Below are positions 1 to 10,671 of a stretch of DNA of 20,000 nt, one piece after another. The position numbers and the translations under genes are program-made. The stretch is from Cystobasidiomycetes sp. EMM_F5 (taxonomy: Eukaryota): positions 55,560 to 75,559 of the forward strand of contig JBPGPT010000054.1 of assembly GCA_051047955.1 (NCBI GenBank). Direction: 5' to 3'. The notes beneath the pieces are model-generated. The model made no database searches. It saw only the letters and a program-made list of their open reading frames with translations, and was not told the origin of the DNA. Position 1 is the first letter of the stretch, and the number at the start of each line of letters is the position of its first letter.

Positions 1-323
1 TGCTGGCGACTGGCGAAGTGAGCGGCGTGGGCTGGCTGATGTTGAGCCAACAGCGCGTACAGAATGCTCGCAGACGGGCAGTCGCCCAGCGAGTGTTTCG
101 GTAGGCGGAGAAGCAACATGCAGCGCGCGTAAACGATGTAAATGTTGATATTCAGCAAGACAACGAGCGGCAGGCTTGACACAGTGAGCACTATCTCTGT
201 TGCGAGCTGAGGAAAGGTCTCCTGATTCACCCATCGACAAAGTTGCCCGACAGCGTCGTCTTGTCGTACGTATCCTGCGGCATTCCCAGCGACATCCATC
301 GCGACTGCCTGAAGACTGAACTC

Positions 324-920
324 TTACAACCTTGATGCCTGATCCTTGCTTGCTGACGCCAGATCTTGCAGGAAATGCAATTGCATCCCCTCGACGGTGC
401 CGGAGCTACGTAGAGCCAGGTAGGGTCCTCCCGTTCTGTGATGCGTCAAGGCGTCTCTGTTTTCGTAGCTGCGGCCAGAGATGAGCCTTGTCGTTAATCA
501 ATCAATGAATATTGTTAACTCACTGCTCTACAACCACAAACTTGTTGGACTCGGGCCCAGCACCTCTTAAGGCGCGATACCTAAACGACTTGCTTCAGAA
601 GTGTTGCCATTGCATACGCGTTACTTTCCACAACTCACGATATAGTCCCGGGCTCGTTGCTCTTGTCGTTGCAGTATGCCTCGACATCCTTCATCAGTCT
701 TGCAAACTCGTCGGCCTTGTCCGGCTTGGCCGTAACGTGGGCTTTGTGGTCAGCGAGGCATTCGTCAGTGTCCCTCAGCTGGTGTCAGCGCGGATATCGT
801 GTACCGATGGTGTAGAAGCGGCCTTTGATGTCTTCGCTGCATTCACAGGATATCTAATAAGCGGGACAGTCTGGTCTTTTTGCTCAACACTGACTGGGGC
901 ATCGGTGGTGCGGCAGCCAT
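324..920 (-). CDS. Antibiotic biosynthesis monooxygenase (ABM)-like / dimeric alpha-beta barrel protein, 120 aa, with C-terminal PTS1 (SRL)
   Basis: Exons 920-895, 836-805, 741-639, 580-524 and 468-324 are joined by GT-AG introns of 55-63 nt and total 363 nt in frame. Protein: MAAAPPMPHEDIKGRFYTIAHVTAKPDKADEFARLMKDVEAYCNDKSNEPGTISYRALRGAGPESNKFVVVEHYENRDALTHHRTGGPYLALRSSGTVEGMQLHFLQDLASASKDQASRL. The pattern 'vtaKPdk...EPGT.sY...FvvvE.Y....al..H' is typical of ABM/YgiN/LsrG-like proteins. Confidence 0.8.
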
Positions 921-1028
921 GGTGGAGTAGTGGTGAATACGGTGTTCGAAGGACGCAGCGTTGTGTTGGATGGCAATTGATGTACATGTCTCCGCTTCAT
1001 CATCATCATCAAGGCACCGTGACATTGA

Positions 1029-3467
1029 TCAACACCCGCGAATATACTCTAGCAGATGACCAACGATATCCCGCAGCTTTGCGCCCTCGTTGAATGCTCC
1101 CGATGTGCCATCCGCATCGCCATTCGTCTGCAAAGTCTTGCTGTCTATGCCTGTCGAGTCTCCTATATTCCTCTGGTACTCTTCCAGAACATCGACAACT
1201 TCCTTGAACGACGAACCTGCTTTGGCAAGCAAGTCGCGAGCATGATCTCGGACCTGAAAGTCCGCAACACAGATTTAGCACACCCTTCGCTTCGCATAGA
1301 CTGCCTCGACTCACGCCGTCATCTTCCATGCATATCCAAGCCAAGATGTAATCTGCCAGCTGTAGGCTGTACAAGCCTGCATCGAGACGACGCAAGTACT
1401 CTTCCACGTCATCTAGGTCCAACCCTTCCTTCTCTAGCATTTCGCGATCCCGCTTCAACTCGGCTTCTCGCTTTCTTACTCTTCCTAGCAGGGCTGTACG
1501 AATAGCGACAAGACGGGTGACTTTGGCATAATCCTCCTCGACGAATTTGCGAAGAACGCGTATCCGAGAGACAGACTCGGACGGTAGATTCGCAAAGAGA
1601 GATGCCAGTATACCGAGAACGTGTTCTTCATCTGTCGAGCTTAGAATGCCCCACTTTTTACCAGCTTTCGCTTCCTGAGAGATGGGGCTGGATTCAGCCG
1701 GTGATGAGAGGGAGCGCTGTTGTTCAGGCTTACCGTCTGCATCAAAGCGCTAAATAGCCCTTTGAGACCTTGCGCATCGACAAAAGTCTCGCACGCCTGC
1801 GCTCCCGCTTCCCCACTCATTGCATGATCGAGGACTTTGATTGCCCTCGTTCGAGCAAGCAGTTTTTCTCGCATCATAATAACCATCAACTCGGTTCCTT
1901 CCTCTTGCACAAATATCGCTTTCGTCTCGGATGATGACAGGGCCGAGCAGAGTGCATCAAAGATGTTTTCCATGTATTCCAATTCTTCCGCTCCGAGCGG
2001 GTCTCGTTTTCGAAAAGTCTGGAAATTGCGAAATGTCAGTCGTCTGTGGATAAGCCAAGTGGGATCTACAGCTCACCGAGAGAACTTGCAGAGCTACTTG
2101 TACTCCGCCTTCCTTCGTAAAGGCATTTCGGGCATCCGCACCGGCATCGCCTTGTAACAGGATAGCCAGCAACTCAGCTGCATACTGTCTATTCTGAGCC
2201 ATAGCAGGATCTTCTGCTTTCTGTTTATCCTTGACCTGTGCTGCAGCTTTGCCCTTTTGCTTGTCCATCGAAGGTGGCTGCAGGCGTTTGAGCAGCCATG
2301 CCAGCAGAGTCGTCTGCGATGTGATTGTCGTCGACAATGTCGGTAGAAGAGACAAGAGGTTCTCGACCAAGCCAAGAGTGTGAAATACACCAGCTCGTTC
2401 CGCCTCCTCTTCTGCTTCCCTCAGCCGCGATATGTTGGCTACTGCCAATTCAACGAGCTGTGCCTTGACGAGATCATCAGCCAGTTTTGCTACAGCGTCT
2501 CTTGCTCCGCCATCTACATCCTCGTCCTCATCTTCATCCCCTCCTTCTCCAGCTTCGGCAACATCGTCATCCGTCAGTTCTTCCAGCACGTTGACGACGG
2601 ATAGTGAAATGTCAATATTCTCGTGTGATAGTAAATCTGCCAGGGACGACACAATGCCGAGCTTTGTCAGTTCGGGATAGAAGGCTGTCGGATTGGATGT
2701 GAGGAGGAGCAGCTCTTGGATCGCCGTATCCAGGGCGACTTCAGAGTCAACGTACCTGTTTTGCATGGGGTCAAACGGGATTTAGTTGGAATAACACACG
2801 CTCCACCCACTTTTCAGGCTGTCCTGCCCATTTTATCCTCATTTCGGCATTCTTGTTGATGGCTCTCTCGAGGTTGAGTAGCTGTCTCCGCACGCTCTGC
2901 AGGCTGAGAGCAGAAGGGTCATTCCGGGTGTCTTGTCCGTCGTCTCCCTCGTCGAGTATCTCCAGAATCTGAACGGAGAGTCGTTAGAATACGCGCAAAG
3001 AGTACATACGACACTCTACGCACCTGCTTTTGCGTGCTCGACAGACCACCGCCAAAGAACCGACCATCCGCATCTTCCTCGACAAAGTAGTCGCTGTCGT
3101 TGCCCGGCGCAAACGAAGCTTCGTAGGAATTATCCATATCTTCATTGTCGTCGTCGTCGTCGTCTTCTGCCACCGTCACTGCCGTCTGCTGCTGCACCAG
3201 TCGTTGTTTGCCCTTGTATCCGGCAATGTCTGCGTGAATGCCACATAAAAAGAGAGCGATATGCCCATCAGCACGCTCCCATCCCATCCCGTTCCATCGC
3301 TCATCCCATCCAATATCCCCCCACCGTCGCTAGCTTTCCGCTTTGCTGGACTTGCCAATAACGAGCTTCCAGCTGTCGGCAGCTTCGGGGCCTGCGATGG
3401 AATGGAACACTGTCAATGGCTGTTATCGTGTATTGCTCTCAGTGCCGACCTTGAAGACGGCGTCCAT
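1029..3467 (-). CDS. CTNNBL1: Beta-catenin-like protein 1 (Prp19/CDC5L complex-associated spliceosomal armadillo protein)
   Basis: Eight-exon model starting MDAVFK. Recognisable segments include EEDADGRFFGGGL, LERAINKNAEMRIK..QPEKYVDSEVALD, LLSHENIDIS..VLEELTDDD, NRQYAAELLAILLQ, FRKRDP..EELEYMENIFDALCS and YLRRLDAGLYSLQLADYILAW. The stop follows LLEYIRGC. Confidence 0.93.
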
Positions 3468-3671
3468 GGTTGTTGCGGAATTGGCGAAACGGCAACAAGG
3501 GTTCAATATTTTGGATAGTGTCAATCTTGACTCTGCTCCAATTGCTGAATACAAGACTACTGCAAACGCACACTGCAGTCTTAGACGCTGTTCTGCTATA
3601 CCATAACCGCCTGAATCACCGCCAGCCTCGTCAAAGCGCCATCCTTTCACGACATCTTCATCAATAAATCC
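3468..3671. promoter_or_regulatory. Putative bidirectional promoter between CTNNBL1 and RBM42
   Basis: Only 204 bp separate the divergent ATGs. Confidence 0.6.
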
Positions 3672-4626
3672 ATGGCATCCAAGTCTGGCAATCCAGCCTC
3701 TGCGGCACTCGACAGCGGCAGCAACACGCCAGTAGTAGCGTCAAGTGCAGTTGGAGTGTCCCAGTCTCAGTCCCAGTCTGGATCCACGGCCGCAGCCAAC
3801 GGTGGATACGACTATTCCGCATACTACGCCCAGCAGGGCTACACGCCCGTAGCAGCGACGTCGACGGGCTACGATTCGACTGCGTATTCGTCGTATACCA
3901 GTGCAGCGGCAGGGACGAGCGGGGGTTACTCGTACAATTCCTACCCGGCCTACGATGCGACTGGATACGGCTACGGAGCAGAGTCGTCGAGCTACGCATC
4001 AGGCTCGGCGGGAGGTTACGGCATCACGGATGAAGAGCTCGCAGCACAGCAGTCCATCTGTGAGTATTGCGCCAATTCATCCTGGTCTGACACTGGCTGA
4101 CTCGGATGACGTTCCAGACAATGCCGACAATGCAGCGCAGGCAGAGTTTACAAAGAAGGCCCAGAAGGGTCAAGCGAGGCGGACAGTGTTGCGCAAGGGA
4201 GCGGGAGAAGTATGGGAGGATGCGACCCTCATGGAGTGGGATCCATCGCACTTTCGCCTCTTTATCGGCGATCTAGGCAACGACGTAAATGACGATACTC
4301 TCATTGCCGCCTTTGGGCCAGACAAAGGCTGGCCGTCGTTTGTCAAGGCCAAAGTAGTGCGAGATAAAGTAACAAACAAGACGAGGGGATACGGCTTTGT
4401 GTCGTACTCTGACCCGGAAGACTTTATGAAGGCGTGGAAGGCAATGAATGGCAAGTACGTCGGATCGAGGCCTGTCAAGATTCAGAAGGCGTCGACAGGC
4501 GTGAGGCAGGTCGATATAGGCCAGAAGAAGGCAAAAGATCTCGACACGAAAAAGAAGAAGACTGGACCGAGCAATAAAGTCAGAGGCGCACTCCAGACAA
4601 ACTGGTCCGGGCATATCAGACGTTGA
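3672..4626 (+). CDS. RBM42: RBM42-like single-RRM RNA-binding protein (U4/U6.U5 tri-snRNP associated), 298 aa
   Basis: Exons 3672-4059 and 4118-4626, with a 58-nt GTGAGT..CAG intron. Signature: RRTVLRKGAGEVWEDATLMEWDPSHFRLFIGDLGNDVND...FVKAKVVRDK..KTRGYGFVSY..PEDFMKAWKAMNGKYVGSRPVKI. Confidence 0.9.
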
Positions 4627-4660
4627 GGTGGGAAGAGGTTCGGCGTGCATGCTGTTAAAC

Positions 4661-4680
4661 ATATGTATATATATACATAT
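4661..4680. repeat. Perfect 20-bp TA-rich palindrome in the RBM42 3' UTR (possible polyadenylation efficiency element)
   Basis: ATATGTATATATATACATAT equals its own reverse complement and lies 35 bp after the RBM42 stop. Confidence 0.6.
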
Positions 4681-5006
4681 CAGTCGAGGTGATTATAGTA
4701 AACGATGTAAGAGCATTTATTTGTTTATTGCAACTCCGCAGAATGCGCATGCAATAGGTTTCATCGCGTCCAGTTTATACAACGCTGACCTTGCTACGCT
4801 CTTCTTAGATGCGATCAATCGGCTCTTCCAGTGATCCTGCCAAACCCATTCTCCCCAATATTGTTGCTCATTTTTGGGAGGCTATTCCTGCCTGTTGCCT
4901 TTAGCTGACGTATATCAGTGCGGCTCTCGCGGTGCGCACTTGCTCGAGGTCGCCGTTCGTTAACCTTCCTACTTTGCCAAACATTGATTGTTCAAGGCTG
5001 TCTCCA

Positions 5007-7215
5007 TTACTTCTCAAGCCATGCACCGACGGTGTCGGCTGCAGCGATGCGAGTCTCCGGACGATTGGTGCCGTTAAAGCGCACGCTATAGCAAAATGAC
5101 TTTCAGCAATGAGCTCAAGAGCGGACGGAAGCCACTCACACGAGGCCCGCCGCTTCAATCTCGTCCACATAATCCTCGAATGTTGCGTATTTGAGACAGG
5201 TCCACTGTCTGCCATTCGGGAGTCAAAGTGTGTTCGCAGAAATGCCTAGAAATGGCCACATACTTATTCAATGCATACTTGACTGCGCCCAGCAGCGGCT
5301 CTCCAGACCACATGACTTGCGATATCTGGATGGCGTACAAAAGAGGACGTGCGCGAATTTTGACTGTGCTTCCGCTCATGCTTGTACCTGCACAGGAGTC
5401 AGTAAATAGTTTGATGCAGGTGGTCCGCGGCAAGATGCTTGCCTTGGATCTTAGCACTGTCCAGTGCCTGCCACATCTTCACGTAGAGTTTGGATTTTGC
5501 TCCTTCATTATGAGAGAAGGTGCACTTGTCTGCAAAAGCGCAATGATTGTTGTAGAAGTGGTTTTTGCAGGGCACAGTCCGATGATTCGCCGATGTCGCA
5601 TCTGATTTGACAGCTTGACCTGGTGCAGGAATACTATTACTGTCGTATGTAGTGCCCTTTGCCACCGGAGATGCAAGGGCATTCAAAACCGAAATGCTTT
5701 TCCACACATTATGCTGTGGAAGAGCGGGCGAGAAGGCGGATGCGTTAGGCGCAGCGATCGCAGAGTTGTCGGCAGGCAGTGCAAGAGCTGTGCCATCTCC
5801 TTCAGTCGTATTGCAAAGGTCGAGAGACACCATCTTTGGTGAGGTCAATTTTTCAGCAGCTTTCTCATCAGCGGCAGACGTGAGAGATTGCATGTCGCCT
5901 GGCTGGGGCGCGTTTGCTGACGTTGAGCTCGTTACGGCTTCCGTCTTGTCGGATTTTGCGCGGTAAGAACTATTGTATAGAGGCTCTCGGCGAAAGAGAC
6001 CAGCCGGCAGCTCGAAGAGCGGCAGTCCTAGATCCGCGTATCCCCTTCACCCAAAGTCAGCCTATTCCACCATGACGTGCTGCATTCCACTTACTTTGCC
6101 ATGAAAGATCCGTCTAAACGCGTGGCCACGAAGTCTGTCAGCCTTTGAATCATCGTATGAGCATAAAATCCCACTCTTAAGAACGATTAGCTTGTCGGAC
6201 ATATTAACAGTCACAAAATTGCTGAAATGCCAGCCTGATAAGCTCGGCGCGTGCATCAAGCATATAACGTATCATGAGTCCCTTACTTGAGTGCACCAAT
6301 ATAGCCTGCATCGTGAGAGCCGCCGATGATGATGGCGCCGCATTGTGGCACTCCAGCGTAAAGTCGCATTGCCTCTGTCATTACCATTTAGCGGATGTTT
6401 GTCCGTCAGATACAGCGCTCGGATTGTGCACCAGAGACCCTACCTTTGATTTTGTCGTCTGCATTATCTTTGCCGAATCCCACGTCAATCACAGCCAAAA
6501 GGTGCTGGGCGCTGCTCAGCCCTTGGATGAAGTTGTCATAATGTATGCCGCCAATATTAGCATATTGTTTAAGTGCTGATCTCAGCCCTTCTCTGTTAAA
6601 GTCTGGAGTCGGAAAGGTGTCAATTCGCTTGAGGATTGAGGCGTCATTACCGACGTACAGATATTGACAATGATGGGGAGCTTGTCGACACCATCACCAG
6701 CCCAAGTGGCAAGACACGAACGTAGCATAGCCAGCAGATCTCGAGCTGCCTGCCGTCCGCCCTCTGCACCGACCTTCATCAATTCTTCAGCAAACTGCAA
6801 GAATATGGATGATCAAATGAAACCTGTTAAACATATCGTTTATATACTAGCTCACTATGAGTCCGTCGCCATCCAGTAGAGCTACAGCGAAAGCTGCATC
6901 GCTGCATTTCCTGTGGGCTTTCATAGCTTGGTCCAGGGATGCCTGAAGGTCTTTGTTCTTGCGCTCGGTTTCGCTTTCTTTAACCTTGCATTCTTTGTTT
7001 AGCGAGCGCATAGCTTCCATACTGAGCTGGATCTCGTCTCTCTGAAGAAGTTGTCAGACAATACGTCAAACGCAAATCTTGTCAGACGAATTCACCTCAA
7101 CTACTAGGGCCTCCTTCTCGAGTTTCAACTTGTCGACTAGATCGGTAAAAGCAGTCATAATGGACGTGACCTGCGAGACATATTCGCCCGGGCTTAGGTA
7201 TGCGTCGCCGCCCAT
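5007..7215 (-). CDS. Coiled-coil + NYN/PIN-like (DUF7923-type) domain + CCCH zinc finger protein, paralog A
   Basis: Eleven-exon manual model. Motifs: FAVALLDGDGLI|FAEELMKVGAEGGRQAA, VIDVGFGKDNADDKIK, QCGAIIIGGSHDAGYIGAL, GLFRREPL, CCCH finger CKNHFYNNHCAFADKCTFSH (C-x7-C-x5-C-x3-H) and C-terminal RARPLLYAIQISQ...FEDYVDEIEAAGLV...GAWLEK*. An upstream in-frame ATG at 7362 is also possible. Confidence 0.8.
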
Positions 7216-7794
7216 GTTGACCAAAGTTCTGTGATTGGAGGACGCAACGGAGGTTTGGGCCGCGATCTTATTGGAAGGGAAGGAAAGAGAGGCAAGCCGC
7301 CCAGGCGTTTGCGTGCGAGACTTCACGTTCTCTTTGTTCAACGTCTGACACTTGCACGCCATTTTGTGATCACCAGACGGTGTGCCCAACGGAAAACCAG
7401 TTCATTCAGATTCTAGGTTTCGCAAAACGGCAGCGGAGGCGGAACCGTGACAACCTCTATGGGTAGAGCAGAGCCACTTGTATACCAGCGGCAAGTAGAT
7501 TATCATTGCAGTGTGCGAAGTATGCGCGAGCCGCGCAGTATATCCTATCGAAGTCTGCCCTCCTCATCTACGCTTGCCTGCCCGTATCGACGCTACAAGT
7601 GAGAAGGATCGCTCTCATGAGCTCCGTGAGGTCAGTCATCAGCGTTGAACAAGACGGAAGTAGGTGGAGACGGAGACGGAGGTTTGCCACATTGGAAGAA
7701 ACGGAGTCATCTAGCATGACAACCTTTGTAATGGCGGTCATCAAGAGTCAGTCTCATACAGCTCTGCAGCTATTGACATGTTGCGTTTTCCATT

Positions 7795-10127
7795 TCAGCG
7801 GCGAGACTCTGCGATGGCCTTCGTTACGACCACATAGGAATTTGGTGTATAGCGACCACTAACGTACGCTCTACCGCGCTTACTTCATCAGCTCAATGCT
7901 TCAAAATTTCATGCGGATCACTCACACGAAGCCGCTTTCCTCTACTTCGTCGAGATAATCATCGAGACATTCAAATTGATCCTCCAGCCACGAGTTGATC
8001 CTATTAAACTGTCAGACTTGTCGTAATCGACAGTGTATACACAGCGTACTGTTGTAGTGCAAACAAGACTATTTGAAACAAAGGCCGATAACACAGGCTT
8101 TGTGCGATATCGACAGCATATAGAAGGGGGAGCGCACGTTGCTCGGCAGTACACGGTCTAGAGGCACGCTCTGCATGTATATCTGCGTATCAGCAAAGCT
8201 GTCCACAAGACTAGCCTTATACGCACCATTGTCTGCCCAAGTTTCAACGGCTCTCCACATTTTGATACACGTATCCGAGATACGATTCGCAGAGTGACTG
8301 TGCTGGCAAGAATGGCCAGTTGAGCATTGCTGATGTAGAAAGAAAGGTTTGCATGGCAGACTCTCGTACATTCCGACTTCGACCGGCCAGGGCCAAGGTG
8401 GTCGAGTTGTCTGGCCAAAAGTGCCCGTTGGTTGAACGTCTCCTATCTCCAACCCTGTAGAGGGTGGGCCCGGCGAAGCGGCCTGGTCGGACAGGTCTCT
8501 GACCTGCTCGGTATCTTCAAGACTGGAGCGAGGGCTTGCGCGCGCTTGGGCAAGTGACGGTGCAGTGACCACCTTACACTGCCCCGCGGGGTAATCAGAG
8601 GCCTGTGATGCTGATGCCCCGCGATCGGATGTTAGTGTTCGATCTCCACCCGACGGCACTATCATGCTTCGCGAAACTTGCGGTGAAATTACGCTAGATT
8701 CGACCGAAACATTGCGAAAGCCGACGGACGGCTGCACACTGTTCTGAGCTGTTGGCGTCCCACTGATGTGGGTTACAGTGACTCGATTGGTGGTAGTACT
8801 AGCGGGAGCTACGCTCGGTACGCGCGTTGTGTTGGATACGATGCTTGTATTAGACGTAATCGTTAAATGTGAGGCGCTGACGCTCTGATATTGCACTGCG
8901 CATGGCCTCTCGCGTGCGAAAGGCAGTCTGGGCTCAGGTCCCGTATCAAGTCGCTCTTTCCGGAATAGAGGTTCAGTTATAGCTTGAAAGACGACTTGCC
9001 GAAGTTCATAGTAATGCCTGTGCAAGCGTAATCCTCATCAGATCTATTTAGCGATCAGTGTGAAATCGAGAACATACCGGGCCATTGCGACTTCGGCTGA
9101 TCATGGAAGAAGTGTTAGCAAACGCTGAAGATACGATGATCTTTTCGCTTACTGCGTAGCACAATAAGCCTTGCGTCTGGATGCTCTGTCTGTAGGCTTC
9201 TGCCAATCCGTCTGTTAAATGCCTTTTCGCGTCTCACCGATCTCTCGCTTGCTCACAAGAGGGTGCCAACGTATCCTCCGTCATGGTGACCACCGAATAT
9301 GATTGCCGCACATTGAGGCACAGCGGCATGGCGGCGCATGGTCGCTGCCACATTATTAGTCGTGTGACCCCTGCACGTTGAATACAGACAGCCAATCTAT
9401 CGTACCTTTCAGCTTACTGTCGGCAGCTTCTTTCAATTGACCGCAGTCTACTATTGTCATGCGATCGTGAGACTCGCTCAGGCCTTGCATGAACTGCGTG
9501 AATGTGCGCTCGGATATCTCAAGAAAGCGCGATACGCTTCCAGTAAGTCCTACCCTATTGTAGTCTAGCAAATAGATCAGACGCACGGTTCATTTGTGCA
9601 GGTACGTATCAAACTTACAAAGATACATGTCGATCTCGACTGCGCCAGAATCGGGCTGTAGGTGCTCCCGTAGACATCTCCGCAGGGCTTGATGCAGGAT
9701 TTGTCCCGCATGCCGACCACCCTGCTGGCCCCGCTTTACCAGGTCATCTCGAAACTGTGATACAATGCGTCACGACAGCCAGCTTCGATGTTGATACCGA
9801 AGCTTACAAGATAGCCATCACCATCGATGACAGCCACAGCATATTCGACTTGATTAGTATTACTAGCCGCGCGATAGCGTTGAAGCTCGGTTTGTAGCGC
9901 GACAATGTCGTTTCTTTGCTGGTAAGCTATCGACGACAATTGTTCAATCTGACTTGCAAGTCTCAGCTAGCGAATGCATCACTAGCTATGGCTGGTACTG
10001 TACTGACAATTGTGGCATAATGGCTGCCTCCGTGCTGATCAGTTTCCTGGAGACTCAGCGCGGCCATAACGTCCGCAATGGCATTAGTACCATGCTGGGT
10101 GGAATCTGCGGCAACAGAAGCCATCAT
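7795..10127 (-). CDS. Coiled-coil + NYN/PIN-like (DUF7923-type) domain + CCCH zinc finger protein, paralog B
   Basis: Eleven-exon manual model. Motifs: YAVAVIDGDGYL|FRDDLVKRGQQGGRHAG, IVDCGQLKEAADSKLK, QCAAIIFGGHHDGGYVGTL, PLFRKERL, a long S/T/P linker, CCCH finger CKPFFLHQQCSTGHSCQHSH and C-terminal RALPLLYAVDIAQ...LDDYLDEVEESGFV...ESRR*. The start codon is uncertain. Confidence 0.8.
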
Positions 10128-10671
10128 GGATCCGACGTTGTTGAAGAAGGGTGTAGCGGCGCTGAGGTAGCATAGGAGGGCAGCATGCACGTTGACGACC
10201 GATGATGTAAGTAGCTGGCCATTCAGGCGCCTCTGCCACGGCTAACAAGGTATGACGTGCGCAACAGTTGACCCATCACCAGACAGAATATCTTGTGAAC
10301 CCGGGTGTCCATGAAGGCCGGCAATGGTGCTGTCGGCTAGAATATGTCGAACAATATTACGTAGTCGTGCAGTGGGCATGCAATGCAGATGGAATAGGCC
10401 TGAGAGCCGGATAGCGGATGCGGAAGAGTAGGTGTAGATGATGCCGCTGGAGTGTGAAGCGTTCAGTCGTACACATCAGTCCGTCAGGAGCGAGCTGGCC
10501 ATGGTCATTCCGGGCGGGCTACCAGTATTCGAAGGCTGCAACGTCAGCCAGGTAACGGCCAGGGAACGGTGTCGCGTATCGCAGCGTTGCTCGTTGACTT
10601 TTACGAAAGTCTTGCATTATTGTTGCTGGACCTTCTGCTACATCCGCAATCCAGCTCGACTCTCCGATGCC

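Noticed and set aside
1..299. Minus-strand frame open from ATG 299 to the window edge (MDVAGNAAGY...)
   Set aside because: It has no recognisable motif and starts 25 bp after the ABM gene stop, so it is most likely 3' UTR or intergenic. It cannot be evaluated at the edge.
275..327. GTAAGA donor overlapping the ABM stop codon, which could splice away the PTS1
   Set aside because: There is no convincing branch point before the next AG, and the extended frame is not meaningful.
3146..3164. (GTC)n trinucleotide run
   Set aside because: It simply encodes the poly-Asp tract of CTNNBL1.
512..3361. Plus-strand ORFs (512-1093, 1056-1505, 2933-3361 and others)
   Set aside because: These are antisense shadows of the ABM and CTNNBL1 genes with no domain-like features.
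5399..5457. Apparent frameshift or premature stop in paralog A, suggesting a pseudogene
   Set aside because: A GC-AG intron at the same position as an intron in paralog B explains it.
7506..7862. 118-aa plus-strand ORF between the two paralogs
   Set aside because: It has a TTG start and no motif, and it overlaps the last exon of paralog B antisense.
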